DNA of 64,000 nucleotides, from positions 73,870 through 137,869 of the forward strand of contig DF237166.1 in assembly GCA_000708835.1 (NCBI GenBank), written 5' to 3'. How positions within the stretch are numbered: position 1 is the first letter of the stretch; each line of letters begins with the position of its first letter. The notes beneath the pieces were generated by a model. That model was not told where the DNA came from and made no database searches. It worked only from the letters and a program-made list of their open reading frames with translations. The translations under genes and the position numbers were made by a program. This DNA comes from Klebsormidium nitens (taxonomy: Eukaryota > Plantae > Klebsormidiophyceae). This document shows, piece after piece, positions 24,882 to 37,700 of the stretch.

Positions 24882-27800
24882 TTATGCTTCGTCAAGGTAA
24901 TAGTAGTTCCCTGACAACTTCTGTTCTCGATCTTTCAAGGAGTCCATTTTATTGATTCGTGGTCGGAAGTTGGTCGGATCTCGTCGGAAGGTGATCTCAA
25001 GATTCTGCAGAAGAGTGGGGGTAAACCAGATCAGCACCAGACTTTCTCGGCAATGGTTCTCGTCAAAAAGGGTCGAAATCGTTACAAGTTTCAAACCTTG
25101 TAGTGACGACAAATCCTGGTTTACACCAGGCACAGATATCTAAACACGAGTTTACGCACTCCATGGCAAGAGAGGCACAATGAATCAAGTACGATGGGCG
25201 ATCTGACAACGTGTGACAAACAAATGCCACAAGACGGGCAACAACAAGCTGTCCCAGGAGTAACAGTCGCACCAAAGACGAACAGCCTGGGCCACAATAC
25301 TCAAAGGCCAGGGTGCATGACAAAAACCCCGTGATCACTTCGCGATATGATAGCAGTTCCAGGATGCCCAAGAGGTGCAAGAATTAACCTATAGGCTGCT
25401 AAACGACGCACGAAGAAAAAGAAGGACCGAAATACCGGAAAGTAAACGCAAAAACCAAATTGATGCCAGAAACTCCAGAAAGTAAATGCAAAACCAGATT
25501 GACGCCAGAAAGTCACGATACAGACAACGGAAGAAACGACCATCGGGCTCGCTTCGACTGCAACAATCAATGTCTGGAATCGTGGGTCACATCATTCACT
25601 AGAATCAGGCCTCTTGACACAGAGCATGATCGCCCCGCCGAACTGCCTTTGTTTAGAAATGTCCAGCAAGAACGGAAACGCCGTAGGAAGCTCAACCGTA
25701 GGATAAAGGTCATGCCAGTCGGAGGCAGTCTTCTTGACACAGGAAACCCCACTGCCATGTCAGCTAGAGCTTTTACTGATAGAGCAAAGCCAGATACACA
25801 AGGGTGGTGAGCTCACCCGTAGGAAGGAGTTCATGCCGGTGAGGAGGGACTGGGGCGCGCGCGCGACGCAGTCGAGGGAGGGGACTCCGTCGTAGACGAT
25901 GACCTTGTCGGCCAGGTAGGTGGCCATGATGAAGTCGTGCTCCACCACGAAGGCCGTCTTCTTGGCGTGCAGAATGAACCGCTTGATCACCTGTGGAATT
26001 GAGGATGGTATTAATTTCAAATAGCTCCGGGCAAAAACGATATCCAAAATGAAGTTTTTGAGTCAATGTCACTTCACAGGCCGTCTTCTTGGCATGCAGA
26101 ATTGAACCGCTTGAGTATACGCAGAAGGTGAAGATGCCGTCATATTCGTACAACCCTCTTGCGAGCAGTCCCTCAATTCCTTAAGTCAGGGCTTAGCCAG
26201 ACGACAGCGTGCTGGCAGACGCAAAGTTGGCAAGAAGGTGCGCATCCCCCTTTCTTTACGAAGTCAAACCCGACCTCGAATGCAGCGACCAATCTGGTCC
26301 GTCGAAAAACCCCAGGCTCACCGACGGTGCATGTCCGGGCTTTAAAATCTGACGCGCATTGGAATCAGATGACGTGCCCTATCCAAAGTGTCTTGCTAAT
26401 GACAGGATACAAGCAGAGAGCTCGGTTAATGCGAGTAGAGTCCTTGAAAGGAAGAAAGAGAGCGAGACTCAGCCGCACAGTATGAGCAGTGCGGTATACT
26501 TTGGGAGTCAGAATGTAGTATGCCCTCAGGCCACTCTCGCACAAGGATGCACAGATTGGCAGGACCCCTTGAAGATTGATATAACCCGACATTGAGATTT
26601 CTTGAGCATGCGTCGACGAGCTGAGGGGACCTTTCTCCTAGCACAACCGTTTGCCCAAAAGTACCGTTTGGTACAAGGAACCGTTTGCTTAAGGGCATCG
26701 CTTCCACCCACCTTTGCTGCCACTATCCGTTGCTCCGAGTCTAGGTACGCGCTGGGCTCGTCGATAAGGTAGATGTCGGCAGGAGTGCCCAGGCACAGCG
26801 CGATGGCCACGCGCTGCAGCTCACCGCCCGACAAGTTGATCACCTCCTGGTCCATCAGCTCGTCGATCTGCGAAAAGCGAAGTGATACGTCAATTTCAGC
26901 CCAGTCTGAAAGCCTCTTGGAAGTGCTATTGTGGGGGTGGGTACCTTCTGGATAAGCCCGTTAAATTGCAGAAAAAGGTGTGAACAGATTGAATCAGTGC
27001 AGTCCGCAAGCGTATCGGTGGTTTGAGTGGCCTTTTACACCACCAGGTTAATCACCTCCTGGTCCAGTAGCTCGTCAATCTGCAAAAAGCCATTGTGATA
27101 AGCTAAGAGAAAGGCCAGTACGTGGCAATGTCACACTTTCATGAGGATGTTCGTTTCTAACCTTGGGAGCGCGGGTCCAAAACAGGACAAAATTAGGTTG
27201 AACTCAACCCAATTTGCAAGCATACGGTATGAGGGGTTCGGAAGCTTAAATACCCCAGCACAATAATTGTCCCTAACGACATGGTTGAGAAAAAGGGAGG
27301 TAAAGAACAAATTCCGTTGCGAAGTCGCTAAGTCCCAGAATGTACTTGCACTTTGTGATTGGCTTCGGTTTCATGCTTGTCAATCCAGACATCATGCATA
27401 GATGAACATACATACTTGAATGCAGGTGTAAGATTGAGAATGGAGTTCAAGCGGATAATGGATGACCGAAGCATTACAACAGTCATCGCTGCAACAAAGT
27501 GCGAATGAGCAACGATGGCCCGTTCTGCAATACCAAAGGGCCCTCGAATGTAATAGGTTGCCTGCTGCGTCAATATAGGCGGAACAAATTACTCAAGAAC
27601 TTATCAGTCCATTACGACTAGACGATTTTTAAACCGTATATCTACTTAACAAAACCATCTATAAACTTATCTTCACGGTCGTGCCCAATAACGATTGTGA
27701 CACTGAACAACTTTCAACAACACCCTCTACCTTCCAGCAAGACCGCCAGGGCCCTGGTGATGCAAAGAAGACGGCCCCATAAAATTCCGCAACACACAAA

Positions 27801-30800
27801 AACAGGGGGCGATTCAAACATCCAACAAAAGAGGCAGTTGCACAGCGGCTCACCCGGAGGGGCTTCATGACGTCGGTGTTGAACTGCGGGTGCATGTAGG
27901 ACTCGCGGATCTTCTTGTGCAGCAGCAGGCGCACCGTGTTCTGGAACTTGGGGCTGATCTTCTGCGGCTTGTATGACACGTGGAACTCCGGCACCTCCGC
28001 ACGGTCGTCTTCATCCGGCTTCAGCAGGCCCGCCTGCGGGGAGCGGTTGAGCGCGGGTTTAGTCAAAACCCTTGGTGGGTCAAAGACATTGATAGGTTGA
28101 TAGGTTGATAGGTTGATAGGTTGAGATAGCAGGTTAAGAACACCAGTTAGAACCTCCGCGCGCTCGTCGTCGTCCGGCTTCAGCAGGCCTGCCGCGTGAA
28201 TGCGTTTGCAGCGAAAATAGGTTAGAAGTCCTTAGACGTTAGCCCACAGGGAAATCCTTCGCAGCCCCTGCCGTCAGCGATCCAGCATGGCCGCCTGCGG
28301 AAACCGCTTGCAGCGGAGAAAAGTCAACAATCATGCAATTATATGAACCACTGTGTACCCCTGTACGGTTCTTGTCGTCTAGCTTCAGCAGGCCCGCCTA
28401 CAGGAACGGCAGAGCTCGGGTTAGTCAGAACCTTGCATGGATTAAGGCTGCAACCGTTAAAAGGTTAGCTGAATAACAACACCACTGAGCACCTTTTCGT
28501 ACGCTTCCACAGGCCCGCCTGCCAGGAGCGGCAGAGCAGGGGTTAGTCAGAACCCTTCATGGGTTAGTGGCATTGAGAGGTCTACCCAAAATTGTAGTTC
28601 AAACAAACAATTTTTGCCGCCGTTTCTTACTTGAGTCGCAACACGGCATGGTGGAGTCTTCACGCCCTTGAAAGGCCAAAACTTAGTACAGATTTGCTGC
28701 TTTGAAAATTTGTTCAATCCCGCCAGCATGCACGATGACGTTATGATTGATATTCTGTCCAAAAGCCTGCTCGCACAAGTTTTGGTCGCACCGTCCTCAC
28801 GCAGGTTCAAGCAAAATCCCGTACAACTGATACCCGGGTCTAGAAAGGTTTGCCTTCCACTGTCAGGGCATTTCGTCCCTCACCCTGCCAGCAAACAATT
28901 TCCACAATATCCTGCTCAGAACAGGGGGCGCTTCAAAGTGCGTCGATCCAAAATATGGAGAGTTCGCGCACTCACGAGCATCCGGATGAATGTGGTTTTC
29001 CCCGTCCCGTTCTCTCCCAGCATCACCACGATCGCCGAGTCCGTGAACTCGCCCTCCTCCACTTGCAGCGTAAAGCTGCCCTGCGTCTTTTTCATCGCGG
29101 GGTACTTGTACCGCGCATACGACTGCAACTCCTCCTTTGTCTCAGTTGCAGTCTCCGCCACCTGAAGGAGGAAGCTTTGAGAAGTGACAAGGCCGCGAGT
29201 GCAGAAAGAAAGAAAGTGAAGACCCAAAGAGTGAGATAGTAACAAGAAGAGCTGGATTCGAGTGGCTACCTAGACTTCTATGATTGCAATCCCCCGAGCA
29301 TCTGAGATCCGTGACGAGATGACGCAATCGACTTGTGACTTGCGAAAGCTCCGAAGCTTGACGTCACGCCCATCAATATAACCAGGGGCCCACGACGTAA
29401 GATCTTACAATTAGGCACGAAGATCAGGAGCAAACTTCCAGAGAGTCGCAAATGGTACGTGCTTGCACCTCACGTCGGGGGGCTAATCCGACAAGACAGC
29501 GAAGACACACATTCTACACTCTTCGAAATGATGGAGCATGATGAAACAGACTACTCAGAGGTCCCTTCATACAGTCTGCACACCCGAGAGTAACGCGTAT
29601 ACAACTGAGAGCGGTGCCATATAAGTGCGTGACTCCTGGCGAGAAATTATCGGCTGCCCTAAATCCGTTCCGAAACGCCAACCGGCAAAGTTCCAAGTTG
29701 AACGGACGCGCCGCCACACCCAATACTAAACAATGGGCTTCCTGTCCTTCGTGGAGAGGAGAAAACGCACCTTGAAGGTGAGCGACTCGTCGCGGAAGCG
29801 CAGGTTCTCGGTGGGGATGAAGCCGGCGAGGAAGATATTGATGCCCTCGCGCACGGAGAAGGGCAGCGTGACCACGCCGTATGCGCCGGGCTTGCCGTAC
29901 AGGCAGCAGATGAAGTCGGACAGGTAGTCCAGCACGCTCAGGTCGTGCTCCACCACGATCACGTAGCTGCAAACATGTTTAAGATTGTAGGTTTGGGTGC
30001 ATTGTTGCTCTCCTTCATTTTCGCATTGTCGAATTTTGATGTGCTGCGGATTGCTGTATCCGAGTAAAGCGGACCAAAAGGCTAGCACGCTCAGGTCGTG
30101 CTCCACCGCGCTCACGTAGCTGCGGAAACAAACCACTTTCGGTATTCTTTTATTTCCTATTCGGTGTTGCCCTCCCTCCTTTTCCGCAATGTTATTGGTC
30201 TGCATGATTGCAGATCGTTGTATGTGGTAGGAGAGGAGGGAAAGGCTGGCGCGCTTTGGTCGAACTCTGCAACGTCCGTGGCCTGGAACGGAAAGAGATC
30301 CCAAAGCGTCTGATCGATCTCTGGCAAAGGACGTTTTCGTGACAATATTCGTCACGCAGTTGATCACGCTCAGTAATCTCTCCACAATCGTCGAGCTCTT
30401 CAAGGCGGCTGAGCGGTTGAATACTGACTCTAAAAGCAAGAGTCCTCTTCATTCGTCTATCCTCGTCGAAAACCACGCCGCAGCCGTAGGTGCGCGAGAA
30501 GGCAAATGGCTACGTTTTGCTATTCCACCAAAGCTGTCAGCAGTCGACGCCGTTTGCTCCGTTTCATCCCAGGCGATTTACAGTCAACCTCGCTAAGATC
30601 GGGTTTTCACAGTCCAATGATCAGACCAGGTGCTGCCGTACAGAGGTGCTGCTATACCAAGGTGCTGCTTAGGCGTGCTTCAGCGACAGCTCTTCCGCAA
30701 AGTGCAGTGAGGGAGGGACTGAGGGCGCCACCGTCTATTCCAAAAAAGTAATTATCAATCCTGACGGTCTGAGAAACTTTGTCTCGAAATAGCTATCTCG

Positions 30801-33800
30801 AAGGATTGCTCACAAGGAATATTGCATAGAACCAACAGTGACCTCCAATGCTGATTGCCCACTCTGCATTTGAAAACTTCGGAACGTAGACTTCTAAACA
30901 ACGAAGCTCCAACAGTTCGCAACGAAAGCGCGCTGACCTTTCTGGATGTAGGAGTGACCGCACGACCTGCGCCGCTTTGAGCCGCTGCTTGACATCGAGG
31001 TAGCTGGACGGCTCGTCAAACATGTACACGTCAGCTTTTTGCGCAGCCACCACGCCGATCGCAAACCGCTGCAGCTCGCCACCCGACAGGTCCTCCACAT
31101 TGCGGTCCAGCACCTGGTTCAGCTCTGCGAGGACAACCAAATGGTTTGGATTCAATAACTTGTTTGAAAACGGAAGGAACATGATCATCGTTTTCGGAAA
31201 AGGGAAGAAGGAGCTATTGTTGCAGTGGACTGCCGAGTGAATAGAGGGAAAAGCTTTGAAAGAAAATCAAAGCGGACGAGGAAAAGGCTGAGAAGTGGAC
31301 AAGAGCCCTGCAGGGGTAATCTCGTGATTCCACGATTCTAAGCAAGGTTCTAACGCTCAAGTGGTGTCTCTGCACAGCATGAATATGGCACATACCAAAA
31401 CCTTGCGAAGTCCGAGGATCTTATACGGACTGGCTGATTCAAAGTAACTCAATCAACAAACACACTCATGGTCGTCAGACCTTCTTGGCACATCCAAAGT
31501 CACCACAAATCAAAAACCCGGCCTTCCTCGTCATGTCGTTCTGCATCCACCGCATTGAAGGCCTCTGAACTCAAGGCCAGTTATGGCTTCTTACCCCCTC
31601 CCTGGCAAACATGTAAAGACAACCAGTGCGACTTTTAAAGTTCTGCCAATCCAATACTACACAGTGTATGTCCCACTTTTATCGCTCGCGCATCCTTCCC
31701 CTCTGTTGCTAATAGCAGCACAATCTCCTCACCTAGAACGTCCAGCAGATTCTGCTTCTCCCCCCGCTCGTCCTTCTGCGACAGCACCTCCCCCACATTG
31801 CCCTTCACTGCGCGCGGAATATGGTCCACATACTGCGGCTTGATTGTCGGCTTCAGGTTGTCTTCCAGCACCTGCCGGCGAAAACGATAGCAAGATTTGT
31901 AAGAATTCCTAATTCTTGAACCGAGATCTTCTCAGACAGAAGTTCCTGATTCTTCGGATGTCAGAACGTCTGACTCTCAGGGCGCCTCGGTAAATGCAAG
32001 GCGTTCTCACTCGGACTACAATTACTTGAAGCTACCATAGGCATTTGAATCCTTGCCTGATTCGTGTTCCTTGGAGCTGCGTCCGCTTCGTTCATACCCT
32101 TATGTCTTACAAGCTAGTAAGCTCGCCAAATTTCTGAAGATTGCGCACACTCTCTTCCGGTTTGAGAGTCGACTTCAAAGTCCGGACAAAGATGTACAAG
32201 ACAACCTCTTTCGCTCCGATTGCCTGAACTCTTTGCTGCATCATCATTCGCTTCCAGAGAAAGGAAAAGTTGAATCCTGAAAGCTGGTTCCCAACTCAGA
32301 CATCCCACTCCTAACACTGCGTCTCGCGATTTGAAGCGTCAACTTGAAATCGCACCTTTGTGAAGTAGTTTTGCAGCTCGCTCCCTCGGAAGTGCGTCAA
32401 GATCTCCTCCCAGTCTGGGGGGTCATCAAAGCGCCCCAGGTTCGGTTTCAGCTTCCCAGCCAGGACTTTGAGCGCCGTCGACTTCCCAATACCATTGGTC
32501 CCCACCAGACCCAGGACTTGGCCAGGCCGGGGGACCGGCAACCTGGAAACCAATTGAAACTCAGCTTCGTCGAACAATCCCATTTCTGATCTCTGACTAG
32601 GTGGCCGTCGCGAAAGCTTGGGTAGAAACTATGGTCTACCCGAGACAAAATCTTGCACAGAGAACTTCAAGACTGCAACCTCACAAATTACAGAGATCTT
32701 TCAAGCAGTTTGGTGCAATACCTGCTTGAAGATGTCAGTGCACAGGTACCCGAAGACTCAACACTAGTATCACCATGACGAAACTGATCTCTGAGGGGCA
32801 GCTAAAGGGCAGCGGCGACAGCGCATCATGGGAACCATGCTCACCTGTGCAGCTTGAAGGTGTTGGGGCCATATCTGTGCGTGGTGTCCCTCTCGAGATT
32901 CTTAGGGAGGTTGATGATCTGGATCGCCTCAAAGGGACATTTCTGCAAGTACACGATCAGGTGTGAGAAGACAGCCTGAGTCTTCGTGCACCAACTTCAA
33001 CCGTGCCTAGGGGGTCTCCACAAGGACTATATCCCGGCAATTCTTTGTAACAGACAGGTTGAAGTCAAGCTTGGGTCTCCGTTAATCAGACCTCTATACC
33101 AGCAAGCGCTCTGCGGCAGACCCATCATCTCTCAAAACCAGTGCAGCCTTCGCCATGCAAGACATGGGCTACTGGATCCTAAGTGGTGACTCCTGATTTC
33201 CACTGCTGGTAGGCGTGAACGACTTTGATTTCGAGCCATTTGAATAACAGCGTAGGACAGCGCCAGCGAACTGATTGGACCACACCGCCAATTAGATTGG
33301 TTCGTTTACCTTAACACAGATACCGCAGCCGATGCACAGCTCCTCAGAGATATACGCAACCTTGGAAGCGGGCGTGACCTCAATACACAACTTTCCTGCA
33401 CCAGAACGAGAGGCCATGCTGAGAATTCAATCAGATTCTTGAGCAGTAAGACTACACGTAAGCACTTCCTAACAACTACTGAGGCTTGGGCCCTAACAGA
33501 AAGCCGGGCCATAACATCAAACAACCCAGCAAAGTTGCATGCACTAGGTTTATGGCCAAAAAGTCGTTGAATGATTCGTGCGATCTTTTAATCCAATTGC
33601 GTCCCCTTCGCCTGCTGAATTATGTCAGGCTTTTCCAGAGGTGTGTGAAAGTAAAGAACTTGGAAAACTTGGGCTCAACCACAACGTCATCAACCCTTTT
33701 TGTGAGACAAAACCTTTTCCTGGACGATGCCGCCTTCGATAAGCAGCTGCAGCACATCCCTGAGCAGCCTGCCCAAACCTTTACCAAGTACCATTACCAA

Positions 33801-34034
33801 CATCAGCCGGGAAGCTGGCGTTAATCCAGCACAAAAGGCGTTTCATCCGTTGCAACTTGTCAGGAAGCAGTGAGCTGGTCGCAGTGTTGCCTTGGCGGAC
33901 ATAATGGAGTTCTGAGCAAAGAGTGACTTACCAATCTTCACGACAGGGCAGCTCTTCTTGCACTCCTGCCGGCACTTCTTTGGCTTGCACCTGTCAGCGC
34001 TCACAATGGCGATACGCGTCAGCTTATCGGCCAT
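24882..34034 (-). CDS. ABCE1: ABC ATPase ABCE1 / RNase L inhibitor (ribosome recycling factor), 604 aa, 12 exons
   Basis: complement(join(24882..25004,25817..25990,26712..26867,27854..28033,28976..29161,29771..29966,30938..31124,31733..31871,32356..32542,32845..32942,33310..33395,33932..34034)) = 1815 nt, in frame. Fe-S motifs [15 protein letters not shown] and [12 protein letters not shown]; Walker [10 protein letters not shown] and GENGTGKT; two LSGGELQR signatures; DEPS Walker B; EHD switch; C-terminal [14 protein letters not shown]...YYYLDEA. Confidence 0.98.
28004..28555 (-). repeat. Four degenerate intronic copies of the ABCE1 exon-9 acceptor region (branch point, AG, exon start)
   Basis: True site 28004-28068; copies at about 28164-28225, 28282-28316, 28374-28432 and 28503-28555 (cagcaggcccgcctg...gggttagtca). 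Confidence 0.85.
28091..28122 (+). repeat. (GATAGGTT)4 tandem repeat in ABCE1 intron
   Basis: Four exact 8-bp units read directly. Confidence 0.9.
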
Positions 34035-34710
34035 TGCTGCCGCCGCCCCACCCGCCGGCCGCTACTGAACCAACAAGAGCAGCCTCCTCTCAGCAACGGT
34101 CAGCTCGTTCGTAGATACTACTGCTGCCAACAAGCAATGACTCAACAGAAAGGTGGCGCCAAAGATCAAACTCTACAGCGCTTTAAAAGCCCAGCTCGCT
34201 GAGTATGCGTGATGCGGTCGTACAACCTAGCCAACCCCTTTGCGCCCTTCTTAGGAGCTCTCGCACCAATCCGGCCTCCCTTTTGGTACGGCCAACAATC
34301 AAATGTTGACCCTCCAGGATCTAAGCGCCCCCCTCCTTTCCTGTCCTGCAAAACTTGCTGAACCCTGCGGAAACCGAGTGCCAGCACTTCCACAAACCTC
34401 CTCCGTCTGTGCCACTCCCTCTCTCCAATTCCTCCCTACTACTACTACCGTAGTAGGGGGTCGCCAATACCATCACAAACGGTTCTGGACGTCAGCTCGC
34501 ACAGTCTGCAAAGAACCTTTCCCATCCGGGCCAGGCTAGCGCCGTCGACAGCAACGGCAGACAGTCCTACCGTTCGCGGCGACCAAAGCTTAGCTAGAAG
34601 TGGGGCCGAGAAGTGGAGCGACTGCAAGTTCAACACGAGCTGAAGTCTTCAAAATCCTGCCAGTTCAGCAATTGTTCAAAGTTCAAACGTCCTGACAAGC
34701 TGAAAGCGCC

Positions 34711-37700
34711 AATGGCAGCACTAGCAGCAACACTGCCAGCAAAGCCGCTTCCAGGAAGCAGCATTGCAAGCTGGCGGGGGCGTCAAGACTCTCCAGGAGG
34801 GCAGGTACAGAATACAGAATTCCCGCTAACAAAATGCAGCCACATTGGCACATGGATAGATACAGGGGTTTCACGTCGATCCGTGAGGGCTCGAAGTACG
34901 GTGCCAGCAACACGTTGCACTCCATCAGGAACTGTAAAGATGCATGCAATGCATTCGAATGCAGGTAAGCTTTCTGTTCACCTTTCTTGGACACAGATGC
35001 GGGCGCTAACTGACTGCCCAATCGAAGCAAGAACTTCAAGAAATGACATATTTCAATGAGTGGAGGCACTTACTCTGCTCACTTAGACTATCCAGATCTC
35101 AAATCTCTTCCTCGAAAGAAATCTCTTACCTGTTCCCCAAGAATGTTCTGTTAAACAAAGGATTCAGCTTCCTGACATTCATTCGTTTGAGCCCTTGTTC
35201 CATAGTGAACAACCCAAAAATGTGATGCTTGAAGAGATCAGTCCTTAGAATCACACCAATGGAACTGGCTTGAAAGCTGATAGAGTGATCAAGAGGCTCT
35301 GGAAAGAACAAAAAGAAAGCTTTTTGCAGCCAGCCCCTCTAACCAACTATCTGACGGACAAAATGTCTGCTCCAATGCTTAAGCACAGCTATCCCTGCAG
35401 GCCCTCCGTTGAAGCCTGCAGTCTTTTTACTGCCAACCAAAAGGCCCTTGGAAGGTCGCAGACAGAAAGTGAGCCTCCGGGAAGACTATATGGCTTGACC
35501 CTTTCAGTGTACGCAGTATGGAGTGTCTCATACAACCTGTCCGATCACTGTATCAGTAGAGTAGATAGCCTGCTCATTTATGGTTGTTGACTGTGTGGAG
35601 AAGGAATCTTGCTTCAAGCATGTAATCTTTCGATCTTTCACCTGTGGTGGCTGGAATGTTTGAGAAAGGAAACCACGCAAGCCTGGTCCAGGCAAAAAGT
35701 GGGTGGAAGGAAGCTGACAAGGTTGATTCTGGGTTCATGGCCAGCTTCTGCAGCTTCGAGCTAGCGCAAGCCCAACAGAAGGAGAACCGCTGACTAAAAC
35801 TGGTGAGTTCTTTTCTAAGCTGACTCTGTCTCTCTGCCAGCGCAAGGACAGAATGTCTAAACTGCTTGTCAGCAAAACTTGGTTGTCTTGCTCACTAAAC
35901 TTTGTATCGAAAAGCCTGCTTAGTTAGACCTTCCGGCATACTTTCCGTGTGTTCCGCAGGTGTTCGTTGATCGAAAATACGCGGTTTTCTGATATTGTTG
36001 TGTGGCTCACCGCAACCTTCCTCAGCTTACAACTGAACGGCCAGAAACCAAGCACTTCTCAGCTGCTGCCCTTGCTCCCTGCAATCAAACTCACGCTCGC
36101 ACCAATGTCTCTCCCAGGATTCATAGCCGACAAGAACAACCAATCGAATGCGTATGGTTTGTTGGCCGTTATTGTGGCGGCCAGTGCAGTTGGCGCACTG
36201 GCCTTCCCTGAGCAGACCCTGGCCGTGCTTCTGAACGCGCGTGCGACGCCAGTTTCGCTCTCTGCGGTCCGAGCTGCGGGGGCCAGTCTAATCCCTGTCG
36301 CCGCCTCACATCAGTGTCTGAAAGTAAGAGCTTTTAAACCTTGAAGTCTTACTTGAGTCACATGGGCTAACGAAGGCAGGGACGACGTATGCTGGGTCGA
36401 CCGTCTAGAAGTCAGCCAAGTGACGACGGTTTGTGCCGAATAGAAGCCTAAATAAGGAAGGTCGCCCTTTGTTCTTCATGGATTTAATGGTGGGCTCGCT
36501 TGTCAGAGTTGTGTCGCAGATAGAGTCAGCCTGAAAGAGGAATTCCAAAGGCAATCATCTGTGGGGGCCTTCCCAATGGACGACCTTTTCCGGTTGCTGG
36601 TGTCTTGAATCAAAGATCGAATGTGAATGCGGCTATTCTTAGAAGCGAGGCATCCCGGATACGAAGGCGGCAATACGCTCAACCCGTCTGGTGGCATCGA
36701 TCTCTGCAGGACGCAGCGTCACATAACCGCCTCTCGTCCGCCACATACAAGCGGCTCAACCTGGCCGTTATCTTCTTCTGGGCGATCGTTTTGTGGATCG
36801 TGGTAGCAGCCAAGCTGCAATCGATTCTGCCGCCAACTTCCTTCGGGTGAGGATTCGGTCACCGTAGATGTACTCCCAGGGACCACAATGAACTGCGAAT
36901 TCAGATCTCGCTAGATCAAGAAAGCGTATTAGGTGCCTGGTCCGTGAAATTGAAAGTGTTGTTTTCGATTCGTCAAGCGCGAGCGGCAGAAGGTGAGGCT
37001 TTCTATTGTAGAAAGTACAGAGAGCTCCTTACCTGCAGTCAAGTGTCTGTCTAAGAACAAGGGGCCGGTTGCAGTCAGCAGCACCGGAATCTCATTTAAA
37101 TTGACATTTCGAGCAACGGCTTTCCGCGAATCGAGCAGGTGGGACTATCTGAATGAGGTGTTTCCTTAAACTACGCCTGCGGAGCACCTCAGACCGGTAG
37201 CCAGATTTTCTTCAAAGAAAGCAATCGTCAGTTCCTGACTCGCACTAACACTTGTCTTCGAAGTGCGCAGATTTAGAATGCTGCGCTGCAGTCATTCTTG
37301 TACGAGGCCAGGCCGAGCTTGTGAGATCGACCTTGAACAGGTCCATCCATCTGCGAACTATGGCAATATTGCCCTTCCGTTTTCTACGCCCTCATCATTC
37401 TCGAAAAAACCCAATCTCCGTTATTCGACGTCAGCCATCAACACACCAATCCGCAACAGACGCAGTTTAAACAACCAGCATATGTAAGGACTTATGTCCC
37501 AATCTCTTATCCCTTTCCATCAACTTCCGCAGAATCCTCACCGCCATCTCGATCTTCGGCACCGCCCTCCCCTGGCTCATCTCCTCTTCCAGCGGGTCCT
37601 CCTTGGTCGCCCTCTACAAGGACTTCTCCTCCTCTTACGGCACCGTTCTCAAGCCAACCGGGGCGACCAGCGCCGCCTACGGCTTCTTCTCCGCGGCTTG

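Noticed and set aside
24882-25380. YYYLDEA and IEVFGVL looked like a PIF/Harbinger transposase fragment
   Set aside because: The segment is the canonical ABCE1 C-terminal exon ([14 protein letters not shown]...YYYLDEA*) and splices in frame.
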